Positions 12,602 to 22,936 of a stretch of 64,000 nt of DNA are shown here, in pieces. The notes under the pieces are model-generated. The model made no database searches, was not told the origin of the DNA, and worked only from the letters and a program-made list of their open reading frames with translations. The stretch's first letter is position 1. Each line of letters opens with the position of its first letter. The stretch lies in the NCBI GenBank assembly GCA_014905635.1, contig JABVCE010000013.1:682001-746000 (forward strand). Reading direction: 5' to 3'. The stretch is from Scenedesmus sp. PABB004. Lineage: Eukaryota. Position numbers and translations under genes: made by a program.

Positions 12602-13777
12602 ATGTCGAGCCTTCTGGGCCGCCGCGCCGGCCAGGCGCGCCGGGGAATGCGCGCGCTGCCGCCCGGGATTGGGGGCGATCTACTGTTTCCGCGGAGCGCC
12701 GCGGACCCTGCAATTGGGCCGCGCCGGCGGTGCCGGCAGCAGCGGCCGACCCTGCCCGCCCCGCGCCCGCAGGCCGCCGCGCCCGCCCGCGGCGCGGCCC
12801 CGGCATGCCCCGCCCGCCCCCGGCGCGCGGTGCGCGCCCGCAGCACGGCGCCGGGCTTTGAGAAGGCCATGTTCGGCGAGGTGCGGCGCGGGGCGCTGCT
12901 CGCGCCGCCGGCGCGCGCCGCCGCGCCGGCCGCCGACGCCGCGCGGGCACGCAGGACTTTGGCGCGCGCGACCCCACGCCCGGCGAGATCGGGAGCAACT
13001 TTGGCGAGAAGATAGTGATGAACTGGGACACCGAGCACATCATCAAGTGCGCCGCGCCGCGCCGGGCGCCCGCACGCTCGCGCGCGCGGTGCCTGCCTGC
13101 CGGCAGCAGGCGCAGCGGCGCGCGCAGCGCCCGCGGCAGCCGCGGCGGCGGGCCGCCGACGCCGCCGCCCCGCCCCCCCGCCGCCGCCGCCGCGCCGCGC
13201 CAGGCCGCCGGACGCGATCGGCGAGCACGTGGGCCTCACGTCGCGCCCGTGCCGCGCGGACGCGGAGCTGCTGGACGAGACGCGCCGCGAGCGCTACCGG
13301 CAGCAGGTGCCGGGCTGGCGCATCCAGGCCACGCCCGCGGGCGCGCAGTGCATCCGCCAGGAGTGGACCGCGCGCGACGCGGGCGCCGCGAAGCAGCTGG
13401 TGGAGCAGCTGCAGGGCATCGCCGCGCAGCACGGCCACGCGCTGAGCAGCTGCGAGGCCGTGAGCAGCACGGTCGTCGCGGAGCTCACCACCGCCGCCCA
13501 GGGTGAGGCGCGGGGGCCGGGGCCGCCCGCCGCCCGCCAGCGGCCGCCCGCTCCCGCCCTCGCCCTCCCTTCCCCCCCCCCCACACACACACACAACACG
13601 CACGCCGCTCACCCGCCCACCCACCCGCCCACCCACCCGCCACACCCGCCGCGCCCGCCCGCGCCCCTTTTCCTGACAGGCGGTCTGACTGAGAACGACT
13701 TTATCGTCGCCGCGCACATCAACGCCGCCGACCTCAAGCCCCTGCTCGCGGCGCGCAAGGCGCGCTACTGGGCGTGA
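12602..13777 (+). CDS. RAF2: Rubisco accumulation factor 2 / pterin-4a-carbinolamine dehydratase-like plastid protein
   Basis: FGE|DFGARDPTPGEIGSNFGEKIVMNWDTEHII, VPGWRI, G|GLTENDFIVAAHIN and C-terminal RKARYWA match the recalled plant RAF2/SDIRIP1 pattern. Transit-peptide-like N-terminus; start is approximate. Confidence 0.85.
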
Positions 13778-13853
13778 GCCAGCCCCGGGCCCGGGGGAGC
13801 GCGTGCTGCAGCACAGGCCTGGGGGGCTGGCTGGGCGCGCGGCGCGGCGCGGC

Positions 13854-13858
13854 TGTAA
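13854..13858 (+). promoter_or_regulatory. TGTAA polyadenylation signal of RAF2 gene
   Basis: Canonical green-algal TGTAA 77 nt after the stop codon. Confidence 0.55.
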
Positions 13859-14552
13859 GTTACTCGCGACTGCCCCCAGCGCGTGCGCCCCTTGCCTGCA
13901 CACACACGTCATCGCAGCATTGATGCTGATGTCGCGCGTGTGCACCACCGGCCCACCTACACACCCACACAACCAGAGACACCCACCACACACACACTCA
14001 CACCCACACCAGGGCAGAACGTTGACGCACCTCCCGCCCGACTCCACACGCGTGTATCAGCAGGCGAGGCTGCTCGCCGCGTCAGGGTCTGCCGCCCAAA
14101 CCCAGCATCAGCCCAGACACCCTCATGGCGGGGCCAGCCGCCGCCAGCAACCCGCAGCGGCGCCCGGGAGGTCGGCTCGAGCCGCCGATCAGCGAAACGC
14201 CCGCGCAGGGCCCCGCGGGGCGCGCGTCATCACGCGCCGCGTGGGCGCGCCGGCAGCTCGTTCTGTCTTGCGGCGCAGCGCGCGCGTATAACGCGGCGCA
14301 TAATACCAGCTTCCTGCAGGCGCTTCCTTTGCACGTTGTCGCCGCGTCGCCGCCGGCACAGCGCCATGGTCGCGCCGCACAGCGCTCCGCACCAGGCGAC
14401 CATTCCCAGACCGTTTCCACTGCCTTGTGTTGTAAAAACAGTGCACGTGAAGGCATGAGTGAATGATCACACAACACACGGACACACAAAAACCGCGGCC
14501 GCCCCGCGTGGGGAGCCCGCCCCGCGGCCCGCGGCGGCGCCGCGCGCGCGGC

Positions 14553-14944
14553 TCAGCGCCCGTGGGCGCCGCTGGCAGTGCCGGCAAAGGGCTTGAACGC
14601 GCTCGCGCTCGCGACGATCGTTTCCATAGACCCCACGGTCGCGAGCAGCGCGACGACGCCCATGATCACTGAGCGCGGCGGCGGCGCGTCGGGCGCGCGC
14701 GGCGGCGGCGGCGCGGCGCGTCGGGCACGGCGGCGGCGCGGGCGTCGCGAGGCGCGCGCGCGCGCTCCACCTGCCACGCAGCGCGCCGCGGCCCGTGCGT
14801 GTGGCAGCGCGCCGCACCATTGATGATGTTCATTGCCACGCGGCGGGGGCCGCGCGGATTGTAGACCTTTTTGAACATCTGAATCGGGTAGAAGACGGCG
14901 GTCGGCCAGAACGTGAGCGCGCCCACGAGCCCCACAAACGCGCC

Positions 14945-14980
<36 letters not shown>

Positions 14981-15498
14981 GCGCGCGTGAGCGGCGGCAA
15001 GCGCGCGAACGCGGGTGTGGGCGCGCGTCGGCGGGCGAGCGGCGCGGCGCAGCGTGGCATGCGGGGTGCGCACTGAAGAAGGGCAGCGCGCAGGCGATGA
15101 CGGTGGTGACCACGACATAAAACGTCCTGCGCGCAGAGCGGAGGCGCGGCGGGTCGGGCCGGGCACGGGCGCGGGCGCGGCAGGGAGGGCTGCAGCAGGG
15201 GCGCGGCGCGGCGCGGCGCCGGCCAAGCGCGTGCGCGTGCGCGCCTGTACAGCGCGCGCAGCATCCACTCGCGGCCGACGCAGTTGTCGAGCTTCGGGAA
15301 GCCCCGCAGCAGCAGGTCCTCCAGCGTCGCGAAGCAGGGCTGGCTGAACACCTGCGCGGCGCAGCGCGGCGCGGCGCGGCGCGTGCGGCGCGGGAGGTGG
15401 GCGCGCCGCGCGAGACGCGCGGGAGCAGCGCGCGCGCGGCACTGCTCGGCCCAGCGGGGCGCACCTGATAGGCGGGCACCATATGGATGAGCACCTGC

Positions 15499-15530
<32 letters not shown>

Positions 15531-18069
15531 GTCGGGTCGGGCAGGCCCGGGCGCCGCGCAGGGCCGGGCGCGCGCGCGGCACAGCGCAGTCGCACCATCA
15601 GGTTGGCGAGCAGCTGGACCCAGAGCGGCGACGACGTGAAGCCGAGCACGATGGAGCTGGGCACCGCGTTGCCGAGGGCGAGGTAGCCGCACACGCTCAC
15701 GAGCAGGTACACTGCGGCACCAGCGGCGGCGCGGCGGCGCCGGCGGTGCGCGTGGGCGGCGGCGGCGACGGCGACCTGCCGGCGGCGCCGGCGGCAGCCC
15801 GGCGCCAGCCCGGCGCCGGCAACCCAGCGGCGCCAGCCCGGCGGCGGCCCGGCGGCGGCGGCGGCGGCGGCGGCGCACGCGTGAAGGTCGTGGAGAGCGC
15901 GGCGGGGACTGTCTTCTTCATGCTGACCGCCGCGGCGGGCGGCTCGCGCAGCGTGTCCTGCACCTCCATGAGAACCACAGCGCTGCGCGGGCGCGGGCGT
16001 GGCGGGCGCGGCGGCGTGGGCGCTCGCGCGGCGGCCGCGGGCGCCCAGCGCGCCCGTGGCGTCCGCGCGCCGCGCACACGACACACAAACAGCACACGCG
16101 CACCTCGAGTAGGCAAAGCCGATGTTGCCGAGGGAGTTGAAGACGCCAAAGGTCTTCTCCATCGGCGGCGCGGGCTTGCCCGCGAGCGTGCCGAGCTTGT
16201 TGTGCGCCTGGCTCGCGCCGAGCGCGATCTGCGGCGCGGCGCGCGCGGCGCGCGGCGCGCGGCGCGCCGGGGCGTCGGGGCGCCGGGCGCGGAGCGGCGG
16301 CGCGCTCGCCGTCGCGCGCCGCGCGCGCCGCGTGCGCCGCCCCAGCGCGCGCCGCCGCGGCGCGGCGCGCACCGCGAGCGTGGAGTAGCCCATCGACATC
16401 GCCGCGCCGATCGCGCTCGCCCACCACGCGGCCTCCAGGTTGGGCAGCTGGCTCATGAGCACCTGCACGCCGCCCTGCGCGCGGCGTGGCGCGGCGCGCG
16501 GCGGGCGGCGGGCGGCGCGCGGTCGCGGTCGGCCGCGCACGCGCGCCGCGCGCCGCGCGGCGCGCCGCCGGGCCGCGCGAGGTTCCGAGTCGATCGACGC
16601 GTCAAAACTCAAACACGTGTTCAAACACAAAAAATAACACACATAACAAATCGTTTGAGCTAGTTAGTGTGACAGCGCGCCGCCGCCGCATCTCACAAAG
16701 ATGATCGTCATCATCAGCTGGTTCTGGAAGCACCCCGCCCCGCCGGTCGCGGGGAAGCGCGACTCGCAGATGTGCCGCGCGACGTACGCCATGCTGTCGG
16801 CGGCCGCGATCTGCGCGCGGTGCCGGGGCCGCGGGGGCGGGGAGCGGATGGGGCGGGGGGGGGGGGGGGGGGGGGTCGCCGGGCGTGCGGGCGCGAGCCC
16901 GTGGCGCCGGGGGCGCCCGCGGCGGGCCCGCTGCGGCCGGCCGGGGCGGGCGCGGCGCGGCGCGGCGCGGCGCGGCGGCGCGCCTGGTAGCCGATGGCGG
17001 TCAGGAACATGTTGGCGTGCTGCGCGACCGACAGCACCGTGCTGTGCCTGCGCGGCGCGGCGGCGCACGGCGGCGGCGCGCGGCGGCGCTGGGCACACGC
17101 GGCGCGCGCGGGGCGCCGGCGCCGGCGGCTGGCGGCCAGCGCTGGGGGCTGGCGGCCAGCGCTGGCGGGTGGCTCACTTGGGACCCATGATCCAGAAGAC
17201 AGCAAACCTGGGCGGGCGGGGTGGGTGGGTGGGTGGGTGAGGCAGCAGGGACGCGCGCGGAGGCGCCCGGCGGGCGCGGGCGGCGGCGGCGCGCGCGCGC
17301 GCGCGCGGCGCGCACTTGTAGCGCGTGTGCCGGCGCCCGTTGACCTGCGGGCCGGCGGCGGCGGCGGCGGGAGCGCGCGCGTGAACGGGGGCAGTGCAGG
17401 GCCCCGAAGCGTGTGCGCGGCGCCGCTGGCTCCCTGCCTCTCTCCCTCGAGCTCGCTCTGCCTGTGCCTGTGCCTCTCACCATGTAGCAGTCGGTGAGCA
17501 TGAGCGCGCACCAGAGGGAGACGAGGAAGAAGAAAATAATGGCGGCGAGGCCCGCCGCCCAGCCCATCCACGCGACCGACGACGGCAGGCCGAGCACGCC
17601 CGCGCCGATGATGGCCGTGATGAGGTGGCCCGCCGCAGTCACCCAGTTGCCTGGCGCGGCGCGGCGCCGGCGGCGCGGCGCGGCGGCGGTGACCGGCGGC
17701 GGCGCAGGCCGCAGGCCGCGGGCGCGGCCGCCGGCGCCGCGCGGGCGCGCCACGCGGCACGCACTGTGCCCCGCGTGCGCGCTGCCCAGGCTGCTGCGGC
17801 GCCGGAGCTGCAGCACGGAGCCGTCCCTGGGCGCGGCCGGCTCGGCGCGCGCGGGGCGGCGCGAGCAGCGCGTGAGCAGCGGCCGCCGCCGGTGCCGCCG
17901 CGCCGATCGCCGCGCCGCTGCCGCGCTGCATGCGCCCCCACCGCGCGACGAATCCGGTGTGGCTGGTGTTGCGCTGCGCGTGCTCGGCGCGCTCGACGTC
18001 ATCGGCGAAGTGCGCGGAGAGCTTGCCCACGTCCGGCGCGGCCTCGCCGACCGGCTCAACGCCACCCAT
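14553..18069 (-). CDS. Amino acid permease (AAAP family), paralog 1, multi-exon
   Basis: GNWVTAAGHLITAIIGAGVLGLPSSVAWMGW, QVLMSQLPNL, FNSLGNIGFAYS, VLMEVQDTLREPP, GYLALGNAVP, PAYQ|VFSQP, LPFFSAFVGLVGALTFWPTAVFYPIQM. Stop at 14553. Confidence 0.93.
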
Positions 18070-18341
18070 GGCCCGCGCTCTGTCAACGGCGCGCTGTCGG
18101 GCGGCCTGCTGCGGCGGCTGGGCGGCGCCGCTGCTGCTTCCCTAGTGTGAGGCGCTCTTGCTGGCGGCCGTGCTCGGCGCGATCCCGGAAATGTGCGTCA
18201 GTGCCCTACAGCCAGCCGGGCGGGCGCGGGCGGGCGGGGCCTGGCGGCGCAGGGTTTGAGCCGGCGACGAGGCGGCGCAGACGACGTGGCGCCAACGACA
18301 ACCAGGCCTCGCCCACAGGCATCATCGGACCACGCCCGCCA

Positions 18342-20472
18342 CTACTCGCCCGCCTCCACTTCTGCCTGCACCGCCGCCGCGCGCGCCGGCAGCTGCTGCA
18401 GCAGCCACTGCGCGTGCGCCCCGCGCCGCCGCAGCGCGTCCTGCAGGAAGACCGCGTGTGAGGGCGCCAGCTCCTCGTCAAACTGGGCCCACAGGTCGGG
18501 CGGCGAGGACTGCGCGCGGCGGGCACAGGGCAGGGCAGGGGCAGCAGTGAGCGCGCCACGCGCCGCGTGCGCACGTTGTGCGCGCTCCGCCAGAGCGCCG
18601 CGGTGAGCTGGGCACCTCGGAATGCAGGTTGATGCTGAGATCGTCGCATCCTTCAGCATCTGAATCAGAGTGGTCGCCACGCCAGTCTTCAATCAGGTCG
18701 CGAGCGAGCGACTCCGACTCGACGTGCAGCCGGGTCAGCGCGGTCAGCGCCGTGAGCCGAACGATGCCCCGCGGCGACAGCCGCTGCGACGCCAGCACCG
18801 ATAGGTCGCGCAGGCCTGTCAGGCGCGCCAGCACACTGCGCGCCACGCCGTTGTCCACGCTCTCGCCGCCCACCACCAGCGACGTCAGCGCGCTCAGCTG
18901 CAGCAGCGCGCTCAGCCCTTGCCGCTCCTCGGGCTCCAGCGCGCCCAGCAGCGACAGCGCCTGCAGCCCGGGGCAGCAGCCGGCGATGCGCGCCAGCTCT
19001 GCCGCGCCCAGCACGGGCCCGTCTGGGCCGCCCTCTGCCCCATACAGGTCTGTGATGTCCAAGAATCCATCAAGAAACGCCTCATCATCCACGCCCAGCC
19101 GCAGCACGCGCAACGTGGCGCACGCCGGCGCGCCGGCCGCTGGGAGCGCGGCGAGCAGCGCGCCGTCGGGCAGGTCGCAGTCGCGCAGGTCGAGCTCAGT
19201 CAGGTGCGGCGACGCGGTGAGGCCCGAGTACAGCCCTACATACTCGGCGTGCAGCTGCTCGCCATCGCCGTCGTCGCCCACGCCGTCCAGCTCTGCCAGG
19301 TCGTCCGCCGACAGCGCCGCAAGCACCGCCCGGCCCAGGTGCAGCTGCCGCAGCTCGCGCAGCAGCGGCAGCACGCGCAGCAGCGTGCGCGTGTCGCCGT
19401 TGGGCAGCCACGAGCCGTCCCAGTCGCCCAGCCTCAGCGAGGTGAGTGCTGAGGCGTGGTGCAGCAGGGCCGGGTCGAACGAAGCGACTCCACGCACATC
19501 CAGGCTCTGCAGGCGCGGCAGCCCGCGCAAGCAGCAGGCCGCCGTGAACTCAAGCTGCCCGCGTCCGCGCAGCTCCAGCAGCGTCAGGCTGGCGGGCAGC
19601 GGCAGCAGCTGCGGTGCCGTTGTCACGCCGACCAGCCGCAGCTCGCGCAGGTCCTGCAGCTGGCCGATGAGCGCCACGCCGCCGGCTGCACCGCTGACCG
19701 ACAGGCGTGGATTGCCTCTGAACCACGAGGCCCCCACGCTGAGCGACGTGAGCGCGCGCATGCCCGTCAGACAATGCAGGTCCAGCTCGGCGTCGCACCT
19801 CGAATGCACAGCCAGTGCCCGCAGCTCGCTCAGCGCCGCCAGGTTGGGGATGGTGCTGGCGCTCCAGCTGTGCAGGCTCGACAGACTGAGCCGTGTGAGC
19901 GCGCAGGGCAGCGCGTGCGAGCCAGCCAGCAGCGGCGCGTCCCTGGGCGTGCACTCGATGAGCTCCAGGTCGCGCAGGGCCGTCAGAGTGCTGAGCTCAC
20001 ACGCCAGTGAGCCGCAGCAGCCCAGCAGCCGCAAGCTGGTGAGCTGGTCGCCAGCTGCTGCTGCCGCTGGAGCGGCCGCAGCGCCAGCCGCCTCGCCGCC
20101 TGCCACCGGCGCGTCCGGCGGCAGCAGCGTAACGTCCTCCAGGCTGAGGTGCCGCAGCGCCGGCAGCGGCAGCAGCAGCGGCAGCGGCACCTCCAGCCCC
20201 CAGCTGTGAATGCCCACGCGCTCCACGTGGCGCCCGTGCCGGCCCAGCCACGCCAGGAGCACCTTGCCCTTCTCCAGCTTGTCGTATTTGCTGCTCTGCA
20301 CCTCGCTGGTCGCCAGCACCGCCGCTGCGCGCCACGTGCGCGCCACGCGCGCCGCGGCGCTGAGGCGGTCCCTGGCGCCCAGGCGGCGGAGCGCCAGCGC
20401 CAGCACCTCCGCCGGCAGCTCTTGCCCTGGCCCTGCCGGCCCGCCGCTGCGCATGCTGGCGCGCTCGTCCAT
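18342..20472 (-). CDS. F-box/LRR protein, copy 1 (intact, 674 aa; exons 20472-18616 and 18509-18342)
   Basis: F-box-like ELPAEVLALALRRLGARDRLSAAARVARTWRAAA followed by many LxxLxL repeats (LRHLSL, LTSLRL, LRDLEL, LTELDL, CCPGLQALSL). Phase-0 GT-AG intron at 18615-18510. Confidence 0.85.
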
Positions 20473-20719
20473 GGGCCTGTCGCCGGCGGCGGCCTCCCCG
20501 GGCCTACGCGCGGCAGCAGTCGCGGCGGGAGCAGCGGCCGCAGCATCGGCGGGCGGGCCTGAGCGCGGCGCGGCGGCGGTCGGGCGCGGCGCCGCCTGGG
20601 CGCCCGCGCCCCTCCAGCCCACTGCCGGCACCGCGCCAGCGACGCACCCGGGGCGCGGGGCGGGGTGGGGGGGGGCGCTCTCTGGCCGGCGGCGCGGCGC
20701 CGGGGCGTGCCGCTGCTGC

Positions 20720-20833
20720 GTCGCGCGGGCGCTGCCGCAGTGGGTCCAGCGGGGGCTGGAGCCACGCACACGGGCGCTGGCGGCTGTGCCCGGGCGCCCC
20801 TCGGCGCTGGCCGGGCGGCAGGGGGCGGGAGCA

Positions 20834-20864
<31 letters not shown>

Positions 20865-21390
20865 GCTGCGGCGGGCGGGCCGGGCGGGCGACGTGCGGCG
20901 GCCGCGGGCGGCGTGTGGGCAAGCGAGGGCGGCGGCGGGGGTCCTGAGGAAGCTGCGGCGGCGGGAGGGGAGGCGGGACCGCGGCGGCGCAGACGACGCG
21001 CGAGCCGCGGCGGTGCGGCGGCCGCGGTCCGTGGTGCGCCCGGCGCCGTCGCACGCGTTCGCGGCGCGCGGCTGCGTGCGAGCTCAGGAGCTCCACAGGA
21101 GCCGCTGCGCACAGCGTGGCGCGGCGGTGGCCCTGGCACGCGCCGGCGGCAGCGCGCGCGGCGTGCTGGGCGAGGCGCCGCGGCGCCGTGGCCTCAACTC
21201 AGCGCTTGCACCTCGGCAACGCGTGGGCCGCACGCCCCCAACCGCAGCTGCACACACACCGCGCCACGCGCGGCCGCCACCCCACGCCGGCGCCCCCCAA
21301 GCCGCCACGGCCGCCCTCCCTCGCCATCTCAGCCGCTGGCGGCGCCCGCCCCCCGGCGCAGGGGCCGCCGCACGCTGCTGCCATCAGTGC
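20720..21390. repeat. Non-coding spacer between F-box/LRR copies: block A (5' flank of copy 1, ~20720-21030) plus block B (3' flank of copy 2, ~21040-21390)
   Basis: Both blocks recur as reverse complements at 58800-59490. The core of block B also recurs at ~30265-30295 and ~33275-33305. Confidence 0.8.
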
Positions 21391-21475
21391 GCCGCCGCAC
21401 GCGCTGCCGCCAGCTGCGCGCGCGCAGACGCGAGCTGCTGCCGCAGCTCCTGCGCGCGCGCCTCGTGCACCGCCG

Positions 21476-22332
21476 TCACGCCTTGCGCCGCCGCAGCGCG
21501 TCCTGCAGGAAGACCGCGTGTGAGGGCGCCACCTTGTCGTCGAACTGGGCCCACAGGTCGGGCGGCGAAGCCTGCACGGCGGGCAGGGTAGGGCAGGGGC
21601 AGCGGTGAGCGCGACGCGCGCCCCGCGCTGCGTGGTCGCGCGTCGTGTGCCCTCCGACCGAGCGCCGCGGCGAGCTGCGCACCTCGGACCACAGGTAGAT
21701 GCTGGTGATGTCGCAGTCTGCAGTATCTCGGTCAGGGTGCTTGTCATACCAGTCGTCAAACAGGTGGACAGCGAGCGACTCCGACTCGATCCACAGCCGG
21801 GTCAGCGCGGTCAGCGCCGTCAGCCGCACGATGCCACGCGGCGACAGCCGCTGCGACGCCAGCACCGACAGGTCGCGCAGGCCTGTCAGGCGCGCCAGCA
21901 CGTCGCCCGCCACGCGGTCGTCGTCCACGCTCTCGCCGCCCACCACCAGCGACGTCAGCGCGCTCAGATGCAGCAGCGCGCTCAGGCCCTGCTCGTTGGG
22001 CTTGGGCGCGCCCAGCAGCGACAGCGCCTGCAGCCCGGGGCAGCAGCTCACAATGTGCGCCAGCTCTGCCGCGCCCAGCACGGGCCCGTCTGGGCCGCCC
22101 TCGTCTGCGTACAGGTCTGTGATGTCCAAGAATCCATCAAGAAACGCCTCATCATCCACGCCCAGCCGCAGCATGCGCAGCGCGGCGCACACGGGCGAGC
22201 CCGCCGCCGGGAACGCGGCGAGCAGCGCGCCGTCGGGCAGGTCGCAGTCGGGCAGGTGCGGCGACGCGGTGAGGCCCGCGTACAGACCCACAAACTCGGC
22301 GTGCAGGTCCGCCAGCTCGTCTTCGTCTGACC
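21476..22332 (-). pseudogene. F-box/LRR copy 2: 5'-deleted C-terminal remnant
   Basis: Only the last ~270 codons remain. HLTELDLRDCDLP is shortened to HLPDCDLP. Intron 21682-21572 is retained in position. An insertion near the end gives an early TGA (21476) and shifts the homologous AQELRQQL tail out of frame. Confidence 0.75.
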
Positions 22333-22936
22333 CTGCGGCGGCGGGCGGAGCGGGGCGCTGCGTCGCCAGGCCTGAACCGCGCCCGCTCGCCTTCCGCGCG
22401 CCGTTTCGAACGGGCGCCGTTCACGGAGCGGGGCTGGGCACGCCGTGCCGCGCGACGGCGGGGTCGGCATGGCGCGGCGCGGCGGCTGCCGGCCGTGCAG
22501 TGGCGTTTGGCGCCGACGAGCGCCAATTGCACAGCGCTGCTGCAGGCTCGGGTCACCGCGCTCCACGCGCGTCGTTGACAGTTGAGGCCAAACTCGCTCG
22601 AACACCCAAGAAGTGCCGCGCCGCCGGCGCCGGCCTGGCGCTGCGCCGCCCGGGTGCGCCCCGGCCGCGACACGCCCCTGCCGGCGCCGCCGGCGTGCGC
22701 CCGCCCGCATGCATTCGTCGGCGAGGGCGGCACCGCAGCCGCCCGCGCGAGGGGCGGGGAATCAAGGCCATTGTGTACAAACAAACAGGACCGGCCGCCC
22801 AACCCCTCCCTCCTCACACGTGTGCACGCGCCTAGCGACGCCCCCAACGGGCCTCCCCCGCCCCGCCTGCCCCCTCTACACTCACAGCATGCGCCCGGCC
22901 GGCCGCCAGCCGGCGGCTCGCGCAGCCCCGCAGCCC

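Noticed and set aside
13880..14500. AC-rich, lower-GC stretch as a possible ncRNA or foreign insert
   Set aside because: It lies between the convergent stops of RAF2 and permease 1 and is consistent with 3' UTRs; no tRNA, rRNA or snRNA pattern was recognised.
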